Below, piece after piece: positions 24,721 through 37,938 of a stretch of DNA of 64,000 nt (within the stretch, counting starts at the first letter, position 1; every line of letters begins with the position of its first letter). Under the pieces are notes generated by a model, which worked only from the letters and a program-made list of their open reading frames with translations, was not told the DNA's origin and searched no databases. The position numbers were made by a program, and so were the translations under genes. Source of the stretch: Eledone cirrhosa. Taxonomy: Eukaryota. The stretch is taken from NCBI GenBank assembly GCA_964016885.1, contig OZ024747.1:33976001-34040000 (forward strand), in the 5' to 3' direction.

Positions 24721-26599
24721 CCTTTTTAACAGCTCATGTGTTGTGTTGCTGGGGCACACTTACCCTCTTCACCAGAAGAGAGTTTGGTGGAGGAGCCAAT
24801 TTAGTTACCAACCACCTGACCATGAAGCAGGTTGTATGAGGTTATATGATATCAGTTTTCTTAGACAAGGAATATTTATCATTTAAATTAACACAAACTG
24901 TCAGACTGAAAACTTTCTATTTAACTGGGTCAGCTGTTTCCAGCCATGTGCACCATATCTGCACATGCACAATAGCTGGCAAAAAAAACACCTCTAACAG
25001 TCTTCGTTGACGTACTACTAGATACTTGTAAAGATGTAGAGAGAATACGGGATCTCTTGTACTGCAAGGACATCAATATAAAGAAAACAATGCCTATGAT
25101 CATTTCTGAAACATAATGAGTCGAGTGAATCACTAAAACATTATTAAATCATCACATTATAATCATTGCCTGAACATATACCATGTTTCTATCACACATA
25201 CACTCTCTCATTCTATATATAAATATATAAATTTATATATAGATATATATAGAGTGTGAGGAAAATGTGTGTGTGAGTATATGCAAACATTTATATAAAA
25301 TCCAGTTACCTACCAGCAATATATACAGGCATTTTGACTCGCCCACATACATTTCTTCAAAGAATATGCATATACAAAAGTATATATATATAGGCATACA
25401 CAAGAATATATATATAGATATACACAAACACGCACACACATACACACATATATAGACACAGAAACTTACACTCATACACAAAGTATTTCCTTTCTTCTTT
25501 ACGCTACATTTGATAATTGACTTTTCACAAGTTTGTAGCTATATTTATCAGATGTACATGAATATAGATGCCACTTGGCAAAATTTAGCCACGATGGAGC
25601 CAATTCTTTCCCCAGCATTCAACATTGATACTTAACATGTGTTCTAGAGTTTTTCACCACTAATGCCTCCACCACACAACAAAATGTAGATTGTTTGACA
25701 AAATCACAACAAATGTGATTAACCATTAAGAAAACTTCTAAGACAAAATTATTCAATGCTAGCAATAGCATAAACATATCCCTCACATCCCCCAAAAGGG
25801 AGGCTACTTTATGGAACGTAATTCTAGATACAAACCTTGATGGTCATCGATAGAATGACTTCAGCTTAACCATTTCACGAAAGGAATTTTTGTCTCTAAT
25901 CCAACCCAGGGCCTCCTCACTACTATTGAAGGAACCCTGACGTGGTTAACCTCCACTGCTTTCTGTTTGGTTTTGGTCATGTCTTGCGAGGTATGGCCTT
26001 ACTCACTCTGCTTGACCAGACTATTTAACCCATAGTTGTTTATTTTTCGTCTCAGTAACAGATACATTTTGTAAGTATGTCCAGAATGCTGCTGTAGTTT
26101 TAGTATACATTCCGGTTAGTTTCAAACCAAATTCCATCTTGTTTCATCGGTCTGTCTGTGTTGTATTTTTTATAGATACTTCGGAATAGCACCACGCATA
26201 CTGTTTGGGTGTTTTTTTAATTCTGAGCCGAACACATGTAATCATGGAAAAACACGTAAATACGATGGTGGGCCATAATAAGCTTACTGATTACAACGAA
26301 ACATTAATGACATGTTTGCATTTTAAATATTGTGTAGCTATATAACCTTACATACAATGCATATATATTACTCTTGTAATAAACTTATGAATTATTATGA
26401 CTTCTATTTATTTTATTCAGATTTCTTAATAGTAAAGAATTATGGACCCCCACACTATATATATATTAATTTTCCATTTAGTAACTGATATATCTATTAT
26501 TTAGGTGACTGATAATGAGAGAGAGAGAGAGGTCACACACACATACACATATATATATATGTATATATATATGTATATATATATGTATATATATATATA

Positions 26600-27845
26600 T
26601 ATGTAACATAGTTTTGTAGCTTGCTTGAAGAATTGTTGAAGTGGAAAGACAAGACAAATTTAAATAATTTTGAAGCCAAAACAATTCATTAGAAGGAAAT
26701 TAAATTGCTGAGATAACAAAAGAATCTTACCTTAGCAAATTTAATGATCCCAAATATTTTCGGGCTTAAAAACCCATTATCAAGGGAGTATTCCTGAGAG
26801 ACTTAAAGAAAAGTCTACTAGAGTTGACTTGCAAGTTAAATGAAATGAAGACGTTAACATTTCGAACGTGCGCGTTGCGAAATGTATGATATATGTATGG
26901 GTGTCCGTGGATGTAAGGTTATGTAGTGAAAGGTGTGTGCGAATATGTATATAATAAAACGGGAAAATTATGTGTGTGATATATGTATGTGTGTGTCAGT
27001 CTAAGTGTGTTTGACTAGTGAAGACAGATTTCATTTGAAAGAAAGAATGAAACTGGCCGTTGGGATGTTGGAATCAAAGCTTTTAAATTAGCCATTCTGG
27101 TGCACTTCTTTCCATTTGATTATTGATCCTAGGTTTTAATAGCTTGATTAAGAGGGCCTCCTTAATTCTCAGTCTACCTATACTTTGTTCGGTAGCGAAG
27201 ATTGTGGTGGTAATGTCCCGGTTTCCAAACTTGAGGATGTGTTTCCGGAAGGAAGAGGAGTTGGGGTTAACATACTCTTTAATACGAAGATGTAACGGAC
27301 GAATAGTGCTGCCTATGTAAAATATATTGAATTTGTTACATTCTAGCCTGTATACTACGTAGGAAATACGCAACAATTAGTGTTGCGGATAAAGCAATTG
27401 GCTAGGGTGCATCCGTTATCCTCGTTGGGGGGGGGGGGGGGGGGGGCGTTGAAGAGAGGCATCGTCGCAGGGAAGGTCCAGAGTGAGCTAGTTTGATATT
27501 GAGACCATCTCTTCTGATGGCTTTGCGTATTGTGTTAGTAGTTTCCTCGCTGCGACGTGGGATCTAGAAGAAACAACTGTTGTTTAGTTGGTCCGGTCTC
27601 TGGAAATTATAACGGCTTTTCATTTGATTTAACTTAAATCTGCTCTCCAAAAATGCAAGTCAACTCCGATCGATTTTCAAAAAACGTCTCTCATAGGGTT
27701 ACTCCCTTGATAATGGGTTTTGAAACTCGAACATATTTGGGATCATGAAATTTGCTAAGGTAAGATTCCCTTGTTATCTTAGCGATTTAATTTTCTTCTG
27801 ATGCATTGTTTGAGCTTCAATATTAGTTAAATTCGTGTTTCATAT
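26600..27845 (-). mobile_element. 5'-truncated PLE (GIY-YIG 3' part) with inverted pLTR copy at the 5' end
   Basis: ORF 27083-27376 VVYRLEC..YIGST.R.LHLRIKE..EALLIK..PRIN; 26650-26850 inverted at 27615-27840. Confidence 0.85.
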
Positions 27846-27849
27846 ATAT

Positions 27850-30660
27850 ATAGTATTTACGTATCGAGAGAGAGAAAAAGGGGAGGATAGGTGATACATA
27901 TAGTTATTTTCCAAGTAGCGTATGCCAAAGGTGCTCGATACTAGTGCCGGCAGTATTAAATATTCGAAGTGTTAATATTTAGTTGGCTAGAGTATTAGCA
28001 GAGCGTAAGCACGTGGGAAAGTAAGAAATCGGAGAATAGACCGTTAAAACATGTTTATTTAAAACAGCACCTAAGTACGTTTCGCCCAGTTGGGCTTCTC
28101 AAGGGCATAAATAACCAAAAGTGTTCCTTACATTGCTCGAAAAGAGTTTTTGGGGTTAAATCCACGTCAAAAATAGCTAGTTTTGATTTTGCAGCAGGTC
28201 AAGGGAGGTAACTCTGGCCTGTGTTAGGGCAGTCTTTGCCGGACAAATCTGTATCCGCTACAAGATGTTACCTTACCATTATCGACCCGCGCAGGGCCAT
28301 GTAACCAGGCTTATTTTGAGACGTTTGTTTTACCGCATCTGTTTGTCTGAGTCGTTTGAGGCTGGGTCTGGTATGCAAGGTTAGTTTCCTGGGTGTTATT
28401 TTGCAGCGCCTGCCCGCCGGAGTGTTAAGACTTGTTGCAGGGAGATCCGGTGCACGTTTTCACTCCTCATCCTTAACCCATCCGAAGAAGGATATTTTAA
28501 AGCGATGTGTACAACTTATCGCTGTTTCAGCTCTGCTGTTGATGATCTCGTGGGGTGCAGTTATGATGTGGTAGAGCTCCATGAGGCAAAGATCGCATTT
28601 CCTCTTGAAGTTGTACGGTGCAGCCCTGCCGACAATATCCCAGTGCGTGGGGAAGCTGATGTTTAAGTCCTTTAGTGATGTGATGTAGTCCGCGAGCGAA
28701 GTGGAATGTCTTAGTTTTTTATTTGTGAAAAAGTGACGATGTGTTCGAAACCTAATTTTGAACGGGCCGGAGGTAGCCGCTATATAATGTTTAACGCTAT
28801 TGTGGCTAGTTATAGTGCATCTCTATATAACCCTATCAGTCAAGCAGTATCCTCTAAGGGAGCAGCGTCCTCTGTCGCGGCAGTTGCAATTTCTGACGCG
28901 GTTCCATCCATTTCCCACAGTAAATTTGCCTACGTTGTTACCTACGCGCCCGCAGCTGTCGTTAGCACCATTACAACCCACCGCACGCGGGGCGGTGCGA
29001 TTGTTATTCCTCACGTCATGTCCTGCATGTTCCCCAGTCCTTTCGCGGTTATGCTGGTTGCATCTGCGGAGGCCGTTTCCAGGACTATTAAGGCCGATAT
29101 AGTTATTGTCAGGTGTAGGTGCGTCTGTGTCAAGTTGCTATGTCTTGGTGATCTTACTGTGGTTTGTTGTTCCTATGATGTCTGCTAGGTTAGGAGTAGT
29201 AGAGAAGGATATTTTTATATTGTTCCTATTAAGAATTTTTCTATACCTATGGTTGGGCGGGAAGTTCTTCTCTAAGGCTTCGAAGAACATTCGGGGTATG
29301 TTGGAGGCCACACTCCGAGAGTAGGGGGGTGGAACCAAAGGACGTTACGGTGGCGATTACGTGTCCTTGTTGTACGTTTGCTACGGGTGGTTCCATCTAG
29401 GTGATCGCTCTTATATGTGTTAATGCGCCGTAGCTCGTTAGGTCCCCCTTTCATTTTATGCTCGGGTCCACTCTTCTTCCCTCTTCCATGTTTATGTACA
29501 GGAAGATGTTGGTTGGAAGGCGTTGGTAGTAGGCCGTCGCCTTTGTTGGTTTTGTAATAGGGGAATAGTTCGAGTAATCTACATTGGTCACCGTCGCCGG
29601 GGTCGTGATCTTTAGTACGATTATCTATTCTACTATATCCGACTTCAACGAGGTCGCCGCGTGATCGGTTATAGGTATGGTTTACTATAAGGTTCGTTTT
29701 CTGAGGGGGTGGGGGGGTGGGGGGCGTTCTAGGGCTAGCGTTAGGGATGTAGGAAATAACTCGGTTAAAGCCGGCGCTTATCAAGGCCCTATTGTAGTAA
29801 TCTGCCGCTTGGTTGAAGATATCCTCATTGGCAGATAGCCTCGAGATTCTATGAGAGATACTATAGAACATGGAGTTGAGAGTCTGCTTAGGGTGGTTGG
29901 AGGCATAATTAATATAAGAGAGGCACTCTCCAAGCTTATGGTATGGCTTGTATAAGCCCGTACTCAACTCCAGGCTCACGTCCAGGAAGTTGACAACCTT
30001 GTGGTTGAGGTCCATAGTTACGGATAGGCCGTATGTCTTGAAGAACCTGTGTATATGTTTGTTAAGGTTCTCTATCCTACGGGGGCTATGGTTCCTAACG
30101 GTAAACAGGGCATCGTCCCTATATACACCTCCTTGTAGGGCCGGTATCTCGTCCATAAGCTTATGTAGGAGGTATATCCCGACCAGGTCAGTTGCTTGCG
30201 CTGAGTCACTAGACCCCATCGTGAGATCGAAGTTATCAGAACGGTTGGTTCTGGTCCTGTGGGAGCCTTCGAACTGGATAATGGTTCTACGCGCCGCTAG
30301 AACTATGTCTATTTCTTTTTTAGTGAGGTTAGTTTTAGATTTACCTAAGATGAGTGCTTTATTTAAGAGTATGGGGGTGATTGAGGCGTAGTAACTATCT
30401 ATGTCAAACTGGATGAACTTCAGGGTCGCTTTATCCGGCAACTCGGTGAACCAATTTATGACCTGGTCGGTGTTGCCCCAGAGGCAGACCGTAGCTTTTC
30501 TATTAAGCTTCAGTAGTAATCTGTCGAGGATCACTTTACTAATCTTACCTATATCAGATGTAGAGGGGCATATTATTCTAATAGAGGGGCTTTCATTAAA
30601 GTTACATTTGTGATCCTTAAGAGAGAATCTAGGCGTCAGAGGGACGTTCGGGTTAGTGTA
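27850..30660 (-). mobile_element. PLE, Naiad-like, RT plus GIY-YIG, frameshifted
   Basis: LKDHK..SDIGKISK; QFDIDSYYASI; FDLTMGSSDSA; GVYRDD; NFLDV; CNCR..CSLRGYC; YIAATSGPFKIRF; CDLCLME..IN..E..CTH. Confidence 0.88.
28067..28106 (-). ncRNA. Variant hammerhead in the PLE 3' pLTR
   Basis: gccc TTGAGAA GCCC-aact-GGGC GAAA CGTACT TA ggtgc. Confidence 0.55.
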
Positions 30661-30945
30661 ATCAGACACCCGGATGTAACACATGTGCAAACTAAGCACA
30701 CTGCACACATAAAAACAAGATGGCGTAGGACAGATCAAAGGAGAGGCACAGAAATAAAGAAAAGAATCCCCAGTCACTGAAGAGTTCACATAATGTGTGA
30801 CGAAAGAACTTTGACAATATATAAACAATCATCTGGAAATTTATAAATTCCTAAATTTATAAATTTATTATAATAATTTGAAGTGAAAGCCATTGGTGCG
30901 TGTGTTTTTATTGGCATCATGACCCTCCCAAAGTATAACAATATA
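30660..30945 (+). mobile_element. pLTR-like segment related to the 49085-49925 PLE
   Basis: Shares atggcgtag and a hammerhead with GAAAGAAC with 49830-49920. Confidence 0.5.
30773..30815 (+). ncRNA. Type I hammerhead ribozyme
   Basis: GTCA CTGAAGA GTtCACA-taa-TGTGtgAC GAAA GAAC TT TGAC; perfect stem I GTCA/TGAC. Confidence 0.75.
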
Positions 30946-30949
30946 TAGC

Positions 30950-32940
30950 AACTTCCTTTATATCCTGTTAAAACCATTCCTAAAACACATTAAAAGCTAC
31001 ATAAGGGACGAACTTGATATGCTCAACCACCTCCCCTAAAACACTTAATAATGAAATACCTACTAGAGTCTTTTGATGTAGTCAACCTATATTTCAATAT
31101 CCCACACAACCTAGGAATAGAGGAAATCCAATTCTGGTTATAAAATTACCCCCAATGAACTCCCACACCGCATCATAAAAGAATTCGTAATAGAAGGGCT
31201 CAAATTTATCTTGGAGAACAACTACTTCGAATTCGATACCAAACTCTACAGACAGAAATCCGGGAATGCCATGGGCATGAAAACGCCCCCCCCCTCTTAC
31301 GCCAACCTTGCTATGGGAACTTGGAAATCACCCTCTACCGAAAAGTACTGGATAAATAGGGAAACCCCTACTACCTCCACATAGAAAAAAAACTGGAAGA
31401 GATATCTGGATGATTGCTTCATCCTCTGGAATGAAAGTATGGAAAGACTTATTAAATTTAAAACACTTCTAAACAGACTCAACACAAACTTTCGATTTAC
31501 AATGGAATACAGCCATGAACAACTTCCTTTCCTCGACATCCTTATCAAGAAAACCAACAACAAAATAGAAACTGACATATATTATAAACCCACAGACTCC
31601 AAACAGTATCTTCCATTCAACTCATGCCACCCTAGACATACCAAAATGAACATTCCTTACAACCTAGCAAAAAGAATCTTCACAATAGTATCTGATAAAT
31701 ACACGTGCTACATACGACTAGAAGAATTAAAGAACACACTCATTAGCAGAAATTACCCACCATCTCTAATCAACAATGGATTCCAACGTGCCCTAAAACT
31801 CAGAATCCAGGAACTTAGACATTTCAATACAAGGAATGATTCGAAACTGAAAACTCTACCATACATCTCCACACACAACCGCCTTAACAATAAGGCATTC
31901 GACACTATCCTCCAGAACATACCTTTACTAAAAAGAGACCTAAGAATGGATCAAATCCTCCAACGCAAAATATCATGAAGAGCAAAAGACAACCCAAATC
32001 AATAAAAAACTTGCTTACACCGGCCAAATCCAGCCGACCCTCACAAGGAACCTTAGAGTAAAAACATGCGGAACGCCCAACTGTGGTATATGTATCAATC
32101 TAATAGAGGGATCGGAGTTCCACTTCAAACAAGGACAACACTGTACAGTTAAACACAACTTCACATGTGCATCAGACAACCTGATCTATGTGTTCACTTG
32201 CTCAGGTTGTCGAGAGCACTACATAGGGCAGACCAAAAATAGCCTCTGACAAGGTATGACTGTCCATAGATCCCAAATTAAAATATGGGAATACAGAAAG
32301 ATAGCACTAAGTGAACACATCGTGACCTGCGCATCTAGTAAACATCCCAATTTTAGAATTTGTCCCATCTACAAATTTAAAGACAACGCTTCCTACATCC
32401 AGCGCATTAGCAAGGAATCACAATTTATCTCTAAATACGAACCCCTTCTAAATGCTTCTACTTCGGACTAAACCAAAGCTGGCACACTTTAAAATCAACA
32501 CCCTAGACAAATTAATCCTTTAGCAATGTATCCTTCTCCAAGATTCCAGCAACTTCTGACAACTATATAATGCAGACCATCCAACCTCATAGAAACACAA
32601 AAATGATCTAGTCCTGGAGGACTTCCACGAAGATAATCGGATAAAAGGAAGCATTCAGGTGTCAAACTAAATGCTTTACATTCCCCTGAATTTGGAAGTT
32701 TCTGCTGAAGATATAATGGGTATTCCAGTGGCTCTGAACCCATTTTGTGGCAAACGTTTTTCCATTCACCCTAAATCTGAAATTTCTGCTAGGGATGGAA
32801 TTAGTATTTCAGGCACTCGTTTACGTGTGTTGTATTGAAGCGAAAAAGTATGTGTATACTCTGGGAATGTATTCTACATTATCTATTGAGTACGCTGAGA
32901 TACAACCGGGCCTGGCATTGATAAATATGCTGGATCCGTC
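30950..32940 (+). mobile_element. PLE, Neptune-like, decayed
   Basis: SFDVVNLYFNIPH; GNAMG; WKRYLDDCF; LPFLDILI; YKPTDSKQYL; Cys linker CGTPNCGIC; LIYVFTCSGC..YIGQT; ORF end ~32471. Confidence 0.88.
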
Positions 32941-32959
32941 AACTCCTTATTATATGTAC

Positions 32960-33081
<122 letters not shown>

Positions 33082-33122
33082 TTCTGTATATGTATATATG
33101 TATATATATATGTATATGTATA

Positions 33123-34343
33123 TTAGCTGCAGTACCCGGTAATACCCGGGAAAAGTAGGGTTGTTCGCAGTTCCCAGAGTGCGCCTGAAAATGCTAGGGA
33201 ACCTGGGTGCCCATACTGGATTTTCAATAGCAACATATGCTACGTGTGTTTATGGTACATCAATTTTTTTGTGTGGAACTATCAATAGTTGTTTAATTCA
33301 TAAGTCTTTCTTCATTCAGAGTGAATAAGCCGAAGATGTTTGAGCCCGAAGAGTATCGAACTTATTCAACATACGTATGTATATGTATAGCAAATTTGCT
33401 GCCTTAGCGCTCTTGAACAAACACAGAACAATTGAAGAAGTCATAGCAATTATTGAAGAAATTATAACCGAGTGAACATATACAGGTACTGTTCAACCAC
33501 TCTATATAGCACTATTTGTAAAGCCCTTCGAATGACTGAAACAATTCAATAAAACTATCCCGTTTTCCCTTATAGTAGACATAACCAGAGAAAACACACC
33601 ATAATAAGTCGGATAAACAATCAGAAGTGTTGGCTCTAAAGAGGGCCTTGTAACCTTCACTGTTACAAAGTGTCAATAATGGGGGAGAATTACATCTTCT
33701 TAATTCGTGTTAAACTCCCCACGATCCGACACCTCGAAATATCGACAAAATAAACTCTACTCTACTGTTACAATTAACACGTCGGGAGTACGAATATTCG
33801 TCAACATGCGATTCAGGTTTTATTCTACGCACTAATCTCATGGTAAGCCAACTTCCAGGTCATTGATCACTTTTTTGTAACTTATCACTGATTCCTGCAG
33901 TTGACCATAATGCTACATAAGCGTGTGCACGTGTTCAGAATCCATATCAGTGGATGTGATATATATATATATACAGAGACATCTGTTCAGTCGTCAACCC
34001 AAATAAGATTGTCGTCTGCTTTGTTTGAAATTTCTTTAGGTATATTTCAAATAAGTTGTTGCCTCGATTTGGAGGACTAAGGAAGAGGAATAGTGGGAGG
34101 GAGGGCTTAACATGCAGAAGTAGTACCTCCCTCTCCCCTCTCTCTTCTCTTTTTTCCTCCATTGTAAAGATGTTCCCCGGGGTTCCATCATTGATTCTTA
34201 TTGAAATCCAATTAGCCAGTCCTATTTCTGAATATTAGCTTAACATATGTGTAAAGGTTCATCAGGATCGGATAACTGGTTCAGGTGCCAACTCGTTTTA
34301 CACAGATACACAGACAGACACAAATTGCCATTTATATAATAGA
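33123..34343 (-). mobile_element. Non-autonomous Helitron
   Basis: 5' a|TCtattatataaa plus (tgtc)n; 3' hairpin cccgggtattaccggg then gCTAA|t; homologous to 50601-51372. Confidence 0.7.
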
Positions 34344-35329
34344 TGTATATATATATATACATATATATATATGCGCGTGTGTGTGTGTATGTGTTTATGT
34401 ATATGTATATACATAAACACATACACACACACCACACACACACACACACATATATATGTATATACAAACCCATATATTAAACACCATTAGGACTTTTCTG
34501 ATGATTTCGAACGTATAAAACAGATCTACTTTTATAGGAGTAGTTTATATATGAAATATAATTGTGTGTGTATGTGGTGGTGGTGGGGGGGATGTAGTGT
34601 ATGTGTTTGTGTGTTTGTGTATAAAAATATTCTGTGATGAAAAGATAACAATAGATGGAATTGACAGTATAGCATGCTTCGAGAAACAGCAGAAAATCGT
34701 TTAACATTTGGAAATATTTTATACTGTCTACATTTCTTCCTATTTTGCGTTGAATCGATCGATATACATAAAAAATATATTTAATAGTTACTTATTTGCG
34801 AACCGTATAATTTGCATATTCGATTTGTAGTCAGTATATACCAATGTCTGCAACAGTTAAACGATATTTTCTGCTGTTTTTTCCTCAATCTGAACTCGTA
34901 GTCAACTTTAGTTATTCACTCTTCTCCATCGCAGTAAGTGAATGCTTTTGATGCTCCTCGTTATAAAATAATATTTTAAGTCTATTCACCGTCATATAGT
35001 CTGAAAGCAAAGTTGAAATAGTTTTTAAAATAACTATACAAATCAACAGGTTTATTCTGGATTATTCTTAAACTATAATGTATGATTATTTAGACATTTT
35101 ATGGAAAGTTTGACTTTCATTTAATGAACATGTAATATAGCAGATTTGTAAATATTTCTAAATATTTTACTCTCTAATTCTCAAATGTTAGTGAACATGT
35201 TATCTGCTCGGATATTCTTCATGATGAGGGTACTGATGTGCTTGTTCCCCTTCGCTTGTTCGATTCACTAAATGTTGAACGGAAGTACGAACTAACATGT
35301 AAATACCTGATTTTTTCAGACACGTGTAT

Positions 35330-35560
35330 CATATAACTTCATTCCTAACTGGAATCGGCGTGACACAATACGTGACAAGAGTAGACCATTCAATATCCGG
35401 TGCATTTCATCCAATTATCCAACAGGCTTTCAAACAATTTCCATCTACCAAATTTCACTCTCAATGCTATGTTCAAGAGACGTGTCCAAAGATCTACGTA
35501 ATGGGATCGACGCCGGGGTTTCATGATTGCCAAACGAATTTTTTAACCATTCAGCCATAA
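35330..35560 (-). mobile_element. Old tRNA-headed SINE
   Basis: Minus head tggctgaatggttaa...ggcgtcgatccc. Confidence 0.45.
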
Positions 35561-35574
35561 CACGTCTTCCTAAA

Positions 35575-35846
35575 CAGGGCCCGATATATCGGGGATGTGG
35601 TGGGTGGAATGTATTGGCCCTCCCCTCATCAAACAGGTCCCCCACTTCAAGCAGAGCTCCTACTACTTTTTAAGAATGAGGCCCTCACCATAAACATAAT
35701 TTTATCTTTTAGAGACCACGTTTTAAAAAATGTAATTGATATCACATGTGTGTGTGTATGTGTGCGTGCGCGCATGCGTGTGTGTTATATGAGTGGCCCA
35801 CCAAACATGAGCGACCTCGGGACCCCGAGGCCTAAATCTGGTTCTG
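35575..35846. mobile_element. hAT MITE
   Basis: TIRs cagggcccgatata / taaatctggttctg; 8-bp TSD ttcctaaa/ttcataaa. Confidence 0.7.
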
Positions 35847-37938
35847 TTCATAAATACCAGATTTTTGCAATAATCTCAGTTTTCACATTTCATACTGCTC
35901 ATAGATATTCCATATGGCGCACAGAGTGCAGTATCATTATTACAAATGATACACATGGATATATCTTTAAGAAAAAATAAAGAACTAAAACAAAACTATA
36001 TTGTATATTATATATATTATATATACATATTATATATATTATATATATTATGATGACATTATAATATGATGATTATAATATATTATATATACATATTATA
36101 CATTTTATATATATTATGATGACAGTGGAAATATGCTTGTTGATTTGTCATTGTGTAAATCTGTTTAGTCGCTGGTGTCAGTCAATATGACGTTGGATAG
36201 AATGAAAACATAATAGAATTAATATCAATGGCTGTCTAGCAACATCAAAAGCCTTCTCTTATGTCAAGGGATTTAAATCACTTATCTTCGCTCTATTCGA
36301 TACAGTAGTATAATTTTCACTTATTTTTGCTATCACTCTCTTTTTGTATATACATATTGTGAAAATAAATGATTATTAAATTTCCGCTTTACTCAGTACG
36401 ATGCATAATTTAATAGAAATAATGTAAAAATTTCATTTGTTACAGTTTTGTAAATATACATTTCATTTTTGGACTTTTCTAGCCATAGCCAAGATCTTCT
36501 CTAAACAAAACTTTTAAATTAAAGCAAGGAAACATTTGTTAATGTAGTTTCAGATAAACGGATTAAAAGACTTGGGTACTCACTATTGGAATATTGGATG
36601 GAATGCATTGCAGATTCTATCGTGTAATGAACTTGTATTGAGTGTTATCTAACAAAGTACTGTGTAATTGTTTAATTATTTAATGACAGACAATCATATC
36701 ACGATCAAGTGTTTCAAGAGTGATCGTGTTTTCTGCTATTTATTATGCTTCAGCTAAATGGGAGTACACAATTCTATGCAACAGGCTCGAAGTATAACCT
36801 GACGGTTTGAGGAGTACCCAGTTCTTTCTGCTGCTACGGAATTACGTTCAGTCTTAATATTGTTATATACTTGTGTCAGTTCAATAGTTCTACAGTTTAT
36901 TGTGTTTCATCCTTTCAAGGTCAATACAAAAAGTACCAGTTTAGTTCTGGGGTCGATTCTTCCTCTATATCTCTCATTTCAATTCTCTCTGGGAGAAAAC
37001 TTCTGTATTCAGACGTAGAGAAGAGATAGGCTCCGCTCGGTTTCAAAAATGCCCCAGAAACGTCGTATGTCAATACGGCATCCACGTTGTTACCACATGA
37101 TTTACGGAACCATACAGACTGCTATATTTAGTGGAAATGAAAAGTAGAATTTAACTGTCTATTACATCGCTTGTGACAATTGTGTTGATGGAAACCTTTA
37201 TAGGGTGTGTTAAAAACATTCCCGGTATGCTTGTTCGGGATGCCAGGGGCATTAACGATTTATTCTATTCATTTGCTTACTTCTATTACCACCATGATTG
37301 CTGCTTTCCCCTTTTTAACCTAAGCCCCTCTTCAAAAAGGCCTAGAAAGGGAGCCTGTTCTCAGGACACACACACACACAATGATGAAGGCACTTAAGCA
37401 AGGTATTCAATGGTTTCAAATGCCCCACCTTCCATTAACGGACAAAAAGTGTTAATGTTAAAATAGTGTAGAGACAGTGATTACTACCTGTTTTTACTTC
37501 TGTTTGTATTTTTCAGGTTTCATATGTTGATACTTCATATCAAAGATTTTCAATGTGGCAATAACTAGTCTTAATTATAATGTTATCAATGTGTTTGTGG
37601 TATTTGTGCTATCTAACCGAATATATCAGACGTAGGAATCTCGTTGCTATATTAGAAACGATATTTAATATATACGTGGAGCTGGACAAGAAAACTTTTG
37701 CTTGAACTATTTATGTTTTTTAGGCGTCTTATTGCTATGTTGCATGTATTGTATTTTTTATTTAAAGCCGCTTTCTGCTAAAGCATAATTATAATAGTAG
37801 ATGTTATTGAAAAAAAAAAAACTTTTATCGAAAGAAATCACGGCAATCCGCAATCTAATATTGCTGATGAAACATTTCAAAGACTACTTGATTATTTCAT
37901 TTTTTTTGTGTGTGTTGTTGAGCAGAAATTGTCTAGGC

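Noticed and set aside
24930-25133. Possible host exon (ORF on minus with a tttcag acceptor)
   Set aside because: No recognisable protein and no convincing donor
26845-26890. Hammerhead at GAAATGTTAACGTC (minus)
   Set aside because: No upstream CTGANGA could be found
30660-30828. N-terminus of the 518-aa ORF 29272-30828
   Set aside because: RT homology starts near 30660; the upstream part is chance read-through into an antisense pLTR, so this is not an intact CDS
32703-32765. Hammerhead CTGAAGA...AATGGG/CCCATT...GCAAACG in the PLE 3' region
   Set aside because: GAAA and stem III are disrupted; too degenerate to call
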